This document shows positions 14,421-27,539 of a stretch of DNA of 64,000 nucleotides, piece by piece. A program made the position numbers and the translations under genes. Below the pieces are notes generated by a model. The model had not been told where the DNA came from. It saw only the letters and a list, made by a program, of their open reading frames with translations, and made no database searches. Source of the stretch: Octopus sinensis (Eukaryota); assembly GCF_006345805.1 (NCBI RefSeq), contig NC_043008.1, positions 41,044,001 to 41,108,000 of the forward strand, given 5' to 3'. The number at the start of each line of letters is the position of its first letter. Position 1 is the stretch's first letter.

Positions 14421-15357
14421 ATGGGCTGAAAAGAATATCTAGTGGGCTGTAAAGAATAGCATGCAGTTCAATGCTGGAAAGTTTCAAGCTTTATACTATC
14501 AGCATGCAAAACTGAATGCAATACCCAATGAATACACTGGACCCGGAGGATTGCAATCCCAGAGGCACAATCAGTGAGTGACCTGGGTATTCACATGAGT
14601 GATGACGCGACCTTTCATGTACATGTTGCTAAACTGACAATGAAATGTAGACGGCTGGCTGGATGGATTCTTAGAACCTTTAGAACAAGAGAACAAGAAA
14701 CCATGATGGTCCTCTGGAAGACACTTGTCCTAAGCCACTTTGACTATTGCTCTCAGCTATGGTCACCATCCAGTGTCAAGTTGATCACAGAACTTGAGGC
14801 GATCCACGAAGCTACACAACAAGATAGCCTCTATGCAGAATGTAAGCTACTGAAAGACTCAAGAGATTAAAATTATATTCCCTGGAGCGTAGGCGGGAAA
14901 GATATGCCATAATATACATCTGGAAGATCCTGGAGGGAAGTGTCCTGAACTTTGGCATCGAGAGTTACGCAAATGCCAGAACTGGGCGCCACTGCGTGGT
15001 GCCTAGGACTCCAAACCTGCCATCAAGATGTAGGACAAGATTCTGTGATAGCCTGGGCTTCCGAGGCCCACAGGTCTTCAATATCCTCCCGAAGAACCTG
15101 AGAGATCTGCATGGGGTGGATACAGGTGTCTTTAAAATGAAGCTGGATCTCTTCCTGTCAGGTGTCCCAGATGAACCAACTTCACGGCAGGAGGGGCAGA
15201 TGAGGGCAGCTGCATCGAACTCTCTCATGCACCAAATAGCAGTTGCTAGAAAGCCTCCATGAATGAAACCAAGTAGCAACAACCCAAATGGCGGTGCCCC
15301 AGCATGGCCACAGCTCATAAGCTGAAACTAGAATCAATCAATCAATCAATCAATCAG
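14420..15357 (+). mobile_element. 5'-truncated L2/CR1-clade LINE with intact 3' tail and (ATCA)n
   Basis: MQFNAGKFQ, SDLGIHMSDD.TF..H, ILRTFRTRE, YCSQLWSP, GPQVFNILPKNLRD...FKMKLDLFLSGVPDEP; ends in ggcggtgccccagcatggccacagctcataagctgaaactag(aatc)n. Confidence 0.9.
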
Positions 15358-16087
15358 ATCCTTCCCATATGACAAAGGTAACGAAGAGCAATTTCTCAAA
15401 GTTTTCTCTGAGAATACTCTTGTAAATACGTTTAAAGAACGTGTCTATCGTTGTAAACCTCAGCAAAAACCTACACTTAGTTCCTGTACGTAATTTCAAC
15501 CAATCTATAAGATTCGACCTTTACCTGTCCTCTTACAGTTCATTTCCACTACGTACATCTCTTTCCATGCTTTCAAACTTTATTCCCTTTCATTTATCAC
15601 GCTATATACTTCCACTCTTAATTTTTTTCTGTTCATTTCTTTTTTCTCTTTCTTTCTCTAAATTACCTTTCACGTTTAAATCAAGTTACGTTTTCTTAAA
15701 TAATAGCATGCTAGCATTCTCCTTCCATAATATATTTAGGTACGTGGTAATCACATTCGGTTAAAATGGCCTATTGATAGGTTTTGTTCCTCTCTGACGA
15801 GATGATAGCATTGTTTCACATCATTTTTATTCCCTCCGGAATAATCTCAATGTATTTTTCTAGAAACATATGTTGGAAATATAAATGATTTGAATAATAC
15901 CTGCGTTCGACTCCATTTCTTAATTTAACCATGTTCTACAAAATCATTTCACTTAACCCTGGAATATCTACCTTCATAAATAGACTGTAATACCATTGGT
16001 ACATGTGTGAATTTTTGTTACACTGGTAACTATTTATTTTTTTCCTTTTTATTTGTAAACATTGACAAAATATACATATATATATAT

Positions 16088-16143
<56 letters not shown>

Positions 16144-19100
16144 TATATACGTGTGTGTTTGTGTGTGTGTATGTGCGTTTGTGTGTGTGTGTGCGCGCGT
16201 GTATGCGTGTGGGAAAGTTTGTGTTCAATTAGAAGGTTTTAGCGGTGTCCAAAGTTAGATTTCTAATAAAGATTCTTCATATTTAAATTGTAGCTTACTA
16301 ATGTAAGTGTTTATTTTAAATATATAAAAATTTAACAAGTATAAGGTGTGTTATGAGCATTTATAAGCTATAAACTCAACTAACAATTAAAGATGGAGAA
16401 GAGATGTTAAAAGTGTTATAAAACCATAACACTAACATGTAACAAACATGGAAAAAGTTAATTTAAATTAATTTAATTACGTATTACCATTCTCCTCAGT
16501 TTCAAAAGATGGAGAAAACATCAGGAAAGGTGGTAATACAAAAATATTACAGGAAAACACATTGAGTTTCTGTAGCAAAACTCAATTGGATATAAGATAG
16601 ATGGAATATAAGAACTTGGTTAGGCAGTATTGAGTCTAGATGTGTAAGGGCTAAAACTGATTTGGCTGACGGATACTTAGAAATATAAGTAGGAAACATC
16701 GAAGAGACATTCTCACTAAATGAATATAATTACAGTGGTGAAAATATCATTCCATATAAGGTGTTTATCATAAGGGATAATTATATTTTAAGATATATAC
16801 ACACATACACACATATAAATATTTACATATATACAAAAAAACAAATATGCACAGACATACAAAATATACATAAATGCACGTAATCCTACATAAGCGTGTA
16901 TACACATGAACGTATACAGAAGTGTATACATATATATATATATACACATACAAACGCATGCACATATCCCCGTATATATACACGCATACATACATAAATA
17001 TAGATATATACATATATACAAAAAACAATATACACACATATATTATACAAATAAATGCATACATGCATACATAGGTATGTGTGTGTGTATATTATGCATA
17101 CATGCGTATATGTATCTATATTCAGTCAACCAACCCTCCAACCATTACATACACAAATATAGAAATGAAAAAGTAAATATGATTTATGCTTGTTTGTTAC
17201 AAGAAAAACACGTCAGGAATCTACATTCATTTTTGAAATCTCACCATCTGATTTCCGCCTTTTACATAGGTAAGTATAACGCACAAACCCACATACAAAC
17301 AATCACATATACATGCACATACATATATATGTGTGTGTTTCTCGTTTTGATACGTATGCAGGAGAGTATGTATGGGTGCGTGTATAAGGAACAAACTTGT
17401 CAGATACAACTAAATGGGCGAGAAAATTATTCTCCATTGAAAACAAACTAGAACTTGTTTTATTATTCTACATAAAGCACGAAGAGTATAGCGTTTCATT
17501 TCCCAAAGCTCCAAACGTATTGACCATGCAACCAAACGAGCCACTGAATATGCTTCTATGTGGTTACTGAACCTTGTAAGATTTAACAAGCCAATCTCTC
17601 TAAATTCACAGTGAAACGTATTCTGAAGCTACTGCGATAATTTTCTCTGTTATTTACACTAAACCTCAGAAAGAAAAACAAGCCTTGATCAAGGTTAGCC
17701 TATTTTGCAAAACAATTCATCTGAATGATGACTGGTAGACGGATGACTAAAGGATGAAAGCAAACATTCAATGAGGATCATTATTACAAGTACATGGTGA
17801 ATCATTCTGTAATAAAATGCACAATATTTAAAAAGGAATATCACCAACCCTGGCATTTCAGTTGAGGGAAATATGAAACGATATTTTAGAATATCAGTTA
17901 TAACCCTAGGCTTTACAAGTAACCAGTATCTTGCAATTATGACAGTATCCTCTCATAATTTCTCAGTTCTCTCAGTCGAATATGCATTTCCTGAATCTCT
18001 ATACTGTCCAATATCGATTTGGAGAAATTACATTGAGTGATCAAGGTTGTATTTAGAATTCATATTTGTTTAGGACAAAATCAAAACTGATGATGTCTTA
18101 CAGTTTAGACCATTTGCATTGCAGGCAAAGTTCTTGTGCTCTGGAATGGTAAACTTACCTAGAACTCAGCTAGAAAGTAATTATGTTAACAATACTTCTA
18201 GTTTAGTTGTCAGGGAGACGACGATTGTCTAATGGACTACAATTCTGTCCGGGTCAAATAGCCTTCAGAATTTAGTGACCCTCTAAAAATGGCTTTAATT
18301 ATTTTTTTTTTTAAACATTCGGGTGAAAAAGTAAGTTTTTAAAATGGGGAGGTTTTGATTACCCATTGTGTTTGTCATAATTGGCAGTTTAATGAAGGAT
18401 TTAACTATTCAGACTTACATATTAATTGCTAACATTGTAGTCAATTGTAAACAATAATTAAACATTACTCGAATTTAGAATTTATCGATCTTACAATGTC
18501 TTCATTGTGTAAGTTTTATATTAATTTATTAGAGTTTATTCAAATTCTTTATCATCAATATTTTTTCGATAAACAATAAGAATGAATTGAGATTGGAGTT
18601 GAAATTCTTTCACGACTGAAAATGTGAAAATAATTGGCTTATTGGACTTTTATGGGATTTAATTTTGTTTGTTTGTTTTGTTTTGTTATTTCTAGCCAAT
18701 CACGTAAAGTTGTTTTCCAAGAAAGCATGAATACAGAAGGATCGAGATGTTTATTCTGTTGATATGAAATAATAAAAAAAAACTCATTGCTTAGCAACAT
18801 ATAACACAGCCCTTGAAATAGAAACCAGATGTTGAGTCTAGTATTTCAGAGAAATCTGCAATATAATTAGCTTCATCAACAACTATAAATATAAAAACAA
18901 AATACACTAAATTACAGGACCGATCGAATGTAGCTGAAAGTTTTAATATCCCAGTTACTCGATCTGATTCACAACATACTTCTTTTAAAAGTTTGGGTTG
19001 AGAGAATACAATAATTCATGGTTTTTTCTATCTACATTAAATATGGCCGAGTACTTATCTAGAAAGTAAAATACGATACCTATTGCTTTATAAGGGACAG

Positions 19101-19475
19101 GACGTCATGAATGTCGAATTTCATAAAAGCCAATAGATAGCACACAGGCAAGGTGCTTTTGTGAAATTTAGCCAACGTTGATGCAATTCAAAGAATGTGG
19201 TTGTTCTATTCAAAATAACAAAGGAAAATTTTATTGTTTTACAAGTGAATAGTATAATACATCTTCAATCACTTACAGAATCTTGGGGATAAATTACCAG
19301 ATCCTTGCCAGTGAAAAGTTAGTCAAAAGGAAAATTCAAAGGACATATCTTATGGTATTCATTGACTGATTTCAGTCTCACAAGAAAAAGTAAAACTGAG
19401 GCATCATCAGATATTGGAGGATGTTACATAAATGTATTAGTGTGATAATATTGTCAAAATTGTTTTGGCTTCCAG

Positions 19476-19557
19476 AGATGACAGACATACAGTTGGCTCG
19501 CCACAAAATGGCAACGGCCTGAGACACTTGGAACCTATCACAGAGTCTGTGAGCTAA
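19476..19557 (+). CDS. Candidate orphan terminal coding exon (DDRHTVGSPQNGNGLRHLEPITESVS*), unverified
   Basis: Acceptor-like ttgttttggcttccAG, open frame to TAA, and AATAAA at 19611 in non-repetitive sequence. No upstream exon or homology recognised. Confidence 0.2.
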
Positions 19558-19814
19558 ACAAACAAGTCAGACTCTTTCGAGCCAACACGATGAAACTTCT
19601 TTGCCAACGAAATAAAAAGAAAACTATGAATACATTTATATTTGTATATGTGTATGTGCTTACGCGCGCATGTGTATACGTTTAAATAGATAGGTAATAT
19701 ATATATGCGTGTGTATATATATGTGTGACTTTTTTATGTTTATTGTCGCTCTTTCTACAAAGAAGTTTAAAATTCTATTGTGACCTTTACTTTGCATATT
19801 CAATTTATTCTTTT

Positions 19815-20218
19815 ATACTTTAACTTGTTTCAGTAATTTCACCGCGGCCATGCTGGAGCACCGCCTTTAGTCGAGGAAATTGACCCAAGAGCTTATTCTT
19901 TGTAAGCCTAGTACTTATTCTATCGCACTCTTTTGCCGAACCGCTAAGTTACGGGGACATAAACACACCAGCATCGGTTGTCAAGCGATGTTGGGGGCAA
20001 ACACAGACACACAAGCATACACACACTTACACACACATGTATATATACATATACGACTGGCTTCTTCCAGTTTCCGTCTACCAAATCCACTCAGAAAGCT
20101 TTGGTCGGCCTGAGGCTATAGTAGAGCATACTTGCCCAAGATGCCACGCAGTGGGACTGAACCCACGACCATGTAGTTGGTAAGTGAGCTACTTACCACA
20201 CAGCCACTCCTACACCTA
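19815..20218 (-). mobile_element. SINE family A, full length
   Basis: Reverse complement matches 8222-8630. Confidence 0.9.
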
Positions 20219-20439
20219 TTCATTCTGCTATATGTAATCTATGGGTCTATATGGAATTTTACGGTACATATAATTTTATGAATACATAGGGTTTTATTTG
20301 TTTATAGATAATATTTAAATAGTGGTTCTTTTCATATTCTCATTTGATTCTAAACAACAGGTTTTAGCGCGGCCAAACCGTACGTAATATTTTTGCAAGA
20401 AAACCCTTAACCGATTTAAGAGAACGGCTAAAGGATTTT

Positions 20440-20551
20440 ATCGGGCCGAGGCTATAGTAGAAGACACTCCACCAAAGTGACCCGCAGTGAGACAGAACCC
20501 CTAACTATGTTGTTGGAAATCAAGCTTCTTACCACACAGCCATTCCTGCTT
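20440..20551 (-). mobile_element. SINE family A, 5' half
   Basis: Reverse complement of the head (ttaccacacagccattcctgc). Confidence 0.75.
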
Positions 20552-20684
20552 GTGTATGTATATGAGTGTGTGTGTGTGTGTGTGTGCGTGCGTGTGTGCT
20601 TGTGAGTGTATATATATATGTGTGTGTGTACATGTAAGTGTGTATATATGTGTTTGTGTGTGTGTGTGTGTGTGCGTGTGTGTG

Positions 20685-21223
20685 TAAAATGCAATAAATA
20701 AAACCGATAGTTAATATCGTACTGATAGGATAGACACAGTAGATCCCTTATCCTCATCAGTTATCAACTGTATGGTAACACTCAGTTTGATGCCTTTAAG
20801 GATAATACTCAGAACTTTGTTTATCTATGGCACCCGCAAAATGTGGGGAGAATTAGGGCTTCCAGCGAAGAAAACGATACAGAGTGGACATAAGAAAGTA
20901 AACAATGTAATTTAAGATGATTAACTTGATAAGACGGAATAAATTTGGCCTTTCTACCAGTCCACTCCGTATCGTTTTGTTCGCTCGAAGCCCTAATTCT
21001 CCACAAATTTTGCGGGTGTTGCCGATATGCCAAGATCTGAGTATTATTATTCAAGACATGAAACTGATTATTACCATTTGGTTCATAAACGATGAAGAAT
21101 TAGGGTCCTTCTCTGTCTGTCCTACGTATAGGTTTTTTTTTTGTTGGTATCATTGTTTATTTAATGCATTTTTCATCTTATGAGTAACTAAACGCCACAC
21201 ATTCCGACTTTTCTTAACAGTTT

Positions 21224-21268
<45 letters not shown>

Positions 21269-21832
21269 GTGTGTGTGTGCGTGTGTTTGTAAAATGCAAT
21301 AAATAAAACCGATAGTTAATATCGTACTGATAGGATAGACACAGTAGATCCCTTATCCTCATCAGTTATCAACTGTATGGTAACACTCAGTTTGATGCCT
21401 TTAAGGATAATACTCAGAACTTTGTTTATCTATGGCACCCGCAAAATGTGGGGAGAATTAGGGCTTCCAGCGAAGAAAACGATACAGAGTGGACATAAGA
21501 AAGTAAACAAATGTAATTTAAGATGATTAACTTGATAAAGACGGAATAAATTTGGCCTTTCTACCAGTCCACTCCGTATCGTTTTGTTCGCTCGAAGCCC
21601 TAATTCTCCACAAATTTTGCGGGTGTTGCCGATATGCCAAGATCTGAGTATTATTATTCAAGACATGAAACTGATTATTACCATTTGGTTCATAAACGAT
21701 GAAGAATTAGGGTCCTTCTCTGTCTGTCCTACGTATAGGTTTTTTTTTTGTTGGTATCATTGTTTATTTAATGCATTTTTCATCTTATGAGTAACTAAAC
21801 GCCACACATTCCGACTTTTCTTAACAGTTTAT

Positions 21833-21833
<1 letters not shown>
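20685..21833. repeat. Tandem duplication, period 605 bp (unique parts 20685-21225 and 21290-21833), each copy with a long inverted repeat
   Basis: Copies differ only in homopolymer lengths; hairpins at 20802-21047 and 21407-21654. Confidence 0.95.
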
Positions 21834-22745
<912 letters not shown>

Positions 22746-22794
22746 ATAAGTCTACTGGCCGAATATGATCTCTACCACCCAACTACACAAAAAG

Positions 22795-23095
22795 GTTAAC
22801 GTGAAACCAATAACAGAATCTTTTGAAACAAGAAGATGAATATGGGTGGATCGAGATGGTTGATATAAACCGAATTCAATTATCAGGATCACTTTGCAAA
22901 TGGTTCCACAAGGTAAAAGAGGATGTGGCCGACCAAAGGAAACTTGGTGGATATCAATAACGAAAAATCTTGTTTAAGAATGTTTAAGAATGGAAAAGCT
23001 GTCATGGACGCTTTCAGTACTAGATATTGTAATGTTCTTGCCGGCACCTCATGTGCCATAAGGTACAATGAGAGACGAATGAATGAATGAATGTA
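22795..23095 (+). mobile_element. RTE-type LINE 3' fragment with (GAAT)n tail
   Basis: Translates as ...LQMVPQGKRGCGRPKETW, the RTE C-terminal W.PQGKR.RGRPK.TW motif. Confidence 0.7.
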
Positions 23096-24289
23096 TGTAT
23101 GTATGAATGTATGTATATGTATGTGTATATAAGCATGTATTATGTATATATGTATTTATACGTATATATAATAATAATTTTTTGAGGGAATATTAATCCT
23201 AACTTACAGGGAAAAATTCAATTTAGAAATACTAAATCAAATTTCACACAATATCTGAAATTGCAAAAAAAATAATAAAAACGTATACCAATTATATACG
23301 TTTTTAATATTTTCTTTTGCAATTTACTTAATCATTGGTATTTTATTATTATTTTAATTTTAATAATTCTATTATATGTAATTTTCTAGATGGTGTAATT
23401 TAATTGTTCATTCTGAATAGATAAAAGGTGTTTTTTTTTCTAAGTTTTCATATATATACGTATATATATATGTATGTATACATATTTCACGACAAGACAG
23501 ACGCAATGATTTATTCGAACGTGTATGTTTCAATTTCTATAACTATTTTTAATATTATGTATATCCTCATCAGAATATGAACGTATCTTTAGGATGTTTT
23601 GATGGTTGTTTATACATTATCAAAGATAAATATCCATCGTTAATTTGAATACCGGTAGAGTTAGTTGTTCCTTAGATTTTGAACTGCATATGTTTCGTAT
23701 GATTTCTTATTGGTGCCATATGAGAGAGTGTTATTAACTTGATATCATACGATTCAAAGGGACAAAATAGGTCAATTGACATAACGCCTTTTATAGTTTG
23801 GCGAAAAGTTCTTAACGAAATGCTGGTGGGTTACATATCTTATGTTTCTTTATGCTGTGTATGGCTATGTTTTGTATGGGTGTCAATTATCACTGTTACA
23901 TATTTGCAAACAACGTGCTTTAATATAAGAATATTTATTTTTAGTGGTTTCGGGGTTTGAGTGGCATATTTAGCATGTAAGAGATCCACATGGTATTTGT
24001 CTCTCCGTGTATATTTCATACAAAATTATACACACACACACGCACACACACACACACACACATACACACACACATACTGCGAAAACACTAAAACTGAACG
24101 TGTTAGCATAAACCACACCCGAAACCCTAGCACTCTAACCAGTATAAATCAGGATATGAACATCCCTGCTTCTGAGGTAGGTCAGTGTACGGCCAAAACG
24201 AATATTAATACTAATAGCACTACTACTACTAACGCTAATAACCCTAATACAACCAGTACTATCACTACTACTAATATTATTATTACTAA

Positions 24290-24323
24290 TACTATTATTA
24301 CTAATGCTACTACTATTATTATT

Positions 24324-24383
<60 letters not shown>
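24290..24383. repeat. (TAA)n microsatellite
   Basis: Seen directly. Confidence 0.95.
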
Positions 24384-24384
<1 letters not shown>

Positions 24385-24752
24385 GCCCTCAGAAAGCGCA
24401 AAACCCTGCCAAGGTAACACCAACGTCCTCTCAACCATTAGCCAGAGAGGATTTTTAAAATGAGAATATCTGAAATGAACTCGACTGCTCTCACAAATGG
24501 GAATACTAAAAATTAACCCGACCGCTTTCAAACATGAAGTCAAAACAGGAAAGAATAATCCAGAATCATTGTCCAGTACCAGACTGATCCCAAAATCTAA
24601 TCAGTTTGCGCCAGTCACAAGGCTGAACATCCCTGAAAGTTTCATCCTAATCCATCCAGCGGTTCTTGAGTTATCTTCTCCAAGGATAAACAAACAAACA
24701 AAACATCGCGACTGAAAATAATACCTCGGCCATTGCGAATGCAGAGATAATA
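24384..24752 (+). mobile_element. Probable Helentron/DINE-1-like (HINE) non-autonomous element
   Basis: Typical body cccaaaatctaatcagttt...tttcatcctaatccatccagcggttcttgagttatc, a (CAAA)n tract, and a degenerate 3' palindrome atacctcggc...gcagagataat. Confidence 0.4.
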
Positions 24753-24908
24753 ATAATGAGGCGCAAAAGTTAAGGAGCATGAATGAAGAAAGTGATGATG
24801 ACACAGGTTGTAATTGGAGCATTAGGACAATTTTCCAATAACAATAATAATAACAACAACACCTAAAATACCTTAAGAATGAGAACCCAAGTTCATAATA
24901 TCCCCAGT

Positions 24909-24952
24909 ACACCTGATGAAGGCTGGGAGCCATATCAGCCGAAACGTTGTGT
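24909..24952 (+). ncRNA. Minimal type I hammerhead ribozyme motif (PLE-type)
   Basis: ACAC-CTGATGA-A-GGCTG(10 nt)CAGCC-GAAA-CG-TT-GTGT; stem I ACAC/GTGT, stem II GGCTG/CAGCC, palindromic ACGT stem III. Confidence 0.7.
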
Positions 24953-25046
24953 TAACAGCAAACAAGATGAGGACAAATATTCGTCAAATGTAAATAATGT
25001 AAATAAGTTAAGATATTCAACTTCTCAAGAATGTTGCTCGTGCTAT

Positions 25047-25976
25047 TCAGTAACAACTTCAGCTGGGTGATTGCGTTTCTCTCCAGAAACAGTTCCGCAA
25101 CCATGGGATGAATTTGATCAGATAAAACGTATAAATAGTATTGACTATAAATTCTGCCATGAAGGGAAACTATTGGGCCGGTAGATTTCCAAGATATCAC
25201 AGATCCCCAGATCATCACAGATCCTCCTCCATATTTAACACTTGCACGAAGGCAGTCTTGGTCAAATATTTCTTTCGACTGTCTCCACGTGTATACTCGG
25301 CTGATGGTCGGCAAGAAAATTAAAGAAGGACTTGTCCGAGAAAATAACATTCTTTCATTGCTCTAGGGACTAATTCTGTAGGTTTTTACTCTGCTCTAAA
25401 CGCTTTGCAACGTTTGTTTTTGAAAGTAGTGGTTTTCTGATTGCAGCCTTCCCGTGAAATCCGGCTTTGTGCAGCTCCCGGCGAACAGATTTTGTGGAAT
25501 TTGGGTTCCCAATGTAGTCATTCATCTCTGCAGTAATTTTGGGAGCTGTACTTTTGTGATCTTTCTAACAATTCGCATAAGAGTCCTACGGTCTCTATCT
25601 GAAAGATTTGGTTTTCTTCCGGAGTTTTGTTTCGACAAGGAGGTACTTCTCTCCTACTCAAAGGATGTCATTACTTTCGAGACTACTTCTTGAGACACCA
25701 GACATTTCGGCTGTTTTCGTTACCTTTGAGCTTGCCATAGAAGCACCGACATTTGACTCCTTTGAAAGTGAGAAAGGTCAGTCATTTTAATGAATTTTAA
25801 TTACCTTTTATTGATGTGTCTGAGAAAAGACACCGATTTTAGCAAAATATATTAACCAGCACCAATACTAAATGAAAAAAAAAATGAAAATAAAAAAAGG
25901 CTTTCCTCAGTTTTATAGTCAGTTCAGAATTATGATGCTATGATACCAGGTGTTTCCATTATTTTGTCCAACCCCT
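25047..25976 (-). mobile_element. Degenerate Tc1 transposon, 3'-truncated
   Basis: TIR GGGGTTGGACAAAATAATGGAAACACC at 25949-25976; ATG at 25785 (MTDLS.FQR...KVTKTAEMSGVSRS); DDE-region SVKYGGGSVMIWG in ORF 24952..25350. Confidence 0.9.
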
Positions 25977-26904
25977 ATATATATATATACTTCACTGTCA
26001 CTAAGAGTGTGAAGATTGCAGCGAGCAGCAGCATTGCTAGAAATAGCCACACGATCTCTTTGTATTGACAACATGCTAACCTAATACATCTCGCTCACGG
26101 TGGGATGGGTCTCCTCCTCTGTCAATACAAAGAAACTATGTACATTTTATGGCTAAGGAATATACGACTCCTGTTTCTAGTAATGCTGTTGCGCAATGCA
26201 CTCATGTCACTCTTACTGGCGGTAAATTATCTCTTTGTTGGTTTTAAATTAATCCTAGCCGCCTTGGTTATATATATATATACATATAGGTGCGTGGGAG
26301 GGTATGTACGCTTACACACATACTCTCTATACTGATACACGAGGAATGTTTTGTAAACACATTATTCTTCAAAGAATGTTTGAATGCTTTTGTTTTTGAT
26401 ATGCAATTTACAAATGTTAATTGCCTTCTCAAATATGAATTACATGAAATAAAGTTAAAGCTATTAAATGTTTATCATCGCAATTGGAAATGCTGTGGAA
26501 TCTAAAGAATCGTTAAATGGCCTAATTATAGATCTAATGACATCATCCTTTCATTGTATTTGTTTCGAGCCGCTGTTTAATATATGCTTACTTTAATTCA
26601 GCTAAAACTTTTCGAATGCATGATGTGAAAATACAAATTATATGCAAAAGAATATGTATATAGAGACAAAAAAGAGCATTCATATACTAAATCGCACGCA
26701 TATTCACTTGCACACTTCTAACCCAAAATATATTAGTCTATGTGCGTGTATGTATATGTATATATATACATATATATATATATAATATATATATATATAT
26801 ACATATATATGAATATATATATATATATATACATATATATAGGTATATATACATACATACATACACGCACACGCACATATACATAATGCATGTGTATGAG
26901 TGTG

Positions 26905-27040
26905 TGTATGCGATGGACTTCTTTTAGTTTCCGTCTATCATATCCACACACGAGGTTTTAGTCGGCCCAAGAGTATAGTAATAGAACACGCCAAAGGTAT
27001 AACGGAATGGGGTTGAACCCGGAACGATGTGGTTGCGATG
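26905..27040 (-). mobile_element. SINE family A, degenerate 5' half
   Basis: tttagtttccgtctatc...gtcggcccaagagtatagta...gaacccggaacgatgtgg. Confidence 0.7.
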
Positions 27041-27080
27041 CCAGATATAAACAAACGCATATATATATATATATATATAT

Positions 27081-27210
27081 ATTTATTTTATAGAAAGAGC
27101 TTCTACAGGACTAGAACTGTTTCATCACAAGAAATCATCAGGAAGCTTCCTGATGATTCTTGTGAATGAAACAGTTCTAGTCCAGTAGAAGCTCCTTCTA
27201 TAAAATAAAT
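27081..27210. repeat. 130-bp spacerless palindrome centred on GGAAG|CTTCC
   Basis: Arms are reverse complements with 2 substitutions and 2 single-base indels; each arm has CTGATGA...GAAAC. Confidence 0.95.
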
Positions 27211-27539
27211 TAATTTACTCTGCTATGTATTGAGTACCTTATTTACTGTGGTTAACCCCGACTCAACCCGGGACCTACACACATATATATATATATATAT
27301 ATGTATGAATTTGCATGTATTTATAAATATATCCACATGTATCTATAGTGATAGATAGTGAGATAGAGTAGAAAACGAGAAAGACAGAGAGAAATAGAGA
27401 GTCAGTTACTTCTGAGAAACAATTCCATATTTTCCCATTGATGGATTATCCTATGTCAGACAATAAAGAAGGGGACGGAGACAATTGCAGTTCGATCTGG
27501 CATTTTAACTGTATAGCTATTTATGCAACAAATGTTGTG

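Noticed and set aside
18125-18155. Possible 24-nt microexon (CAG|GCAAAG...AATG|GTAAAC, KVLVLWN)
   Set aside because: Too short to distinguish from chance; no supporting neighbouring exons.
19360-19415. Minus-strand CTGATGA...GAAA...TC resembling a hammerhead
   Set aside because: Stem I and the base of stem II do not pair; likely chance.
20722-20770. Minus-strand CTGATGAGGATA...TATCC in the duplicated module
   Set aside because: No GAAA follows the stem, so it is a hairpin and not a hammerhead.
23510-23580. Minus-strand CTGATGAGG...GAAAC...GTTC
   Set aside because: Stem II does not close and stem I is out of register; at best a very decayed remnant.
23961-24458. 165-aa ORF with T/N-rich tract
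   Set aside because: Concatenation of (CA)n, (ACT/ATT)n and (AAT)n repeats.
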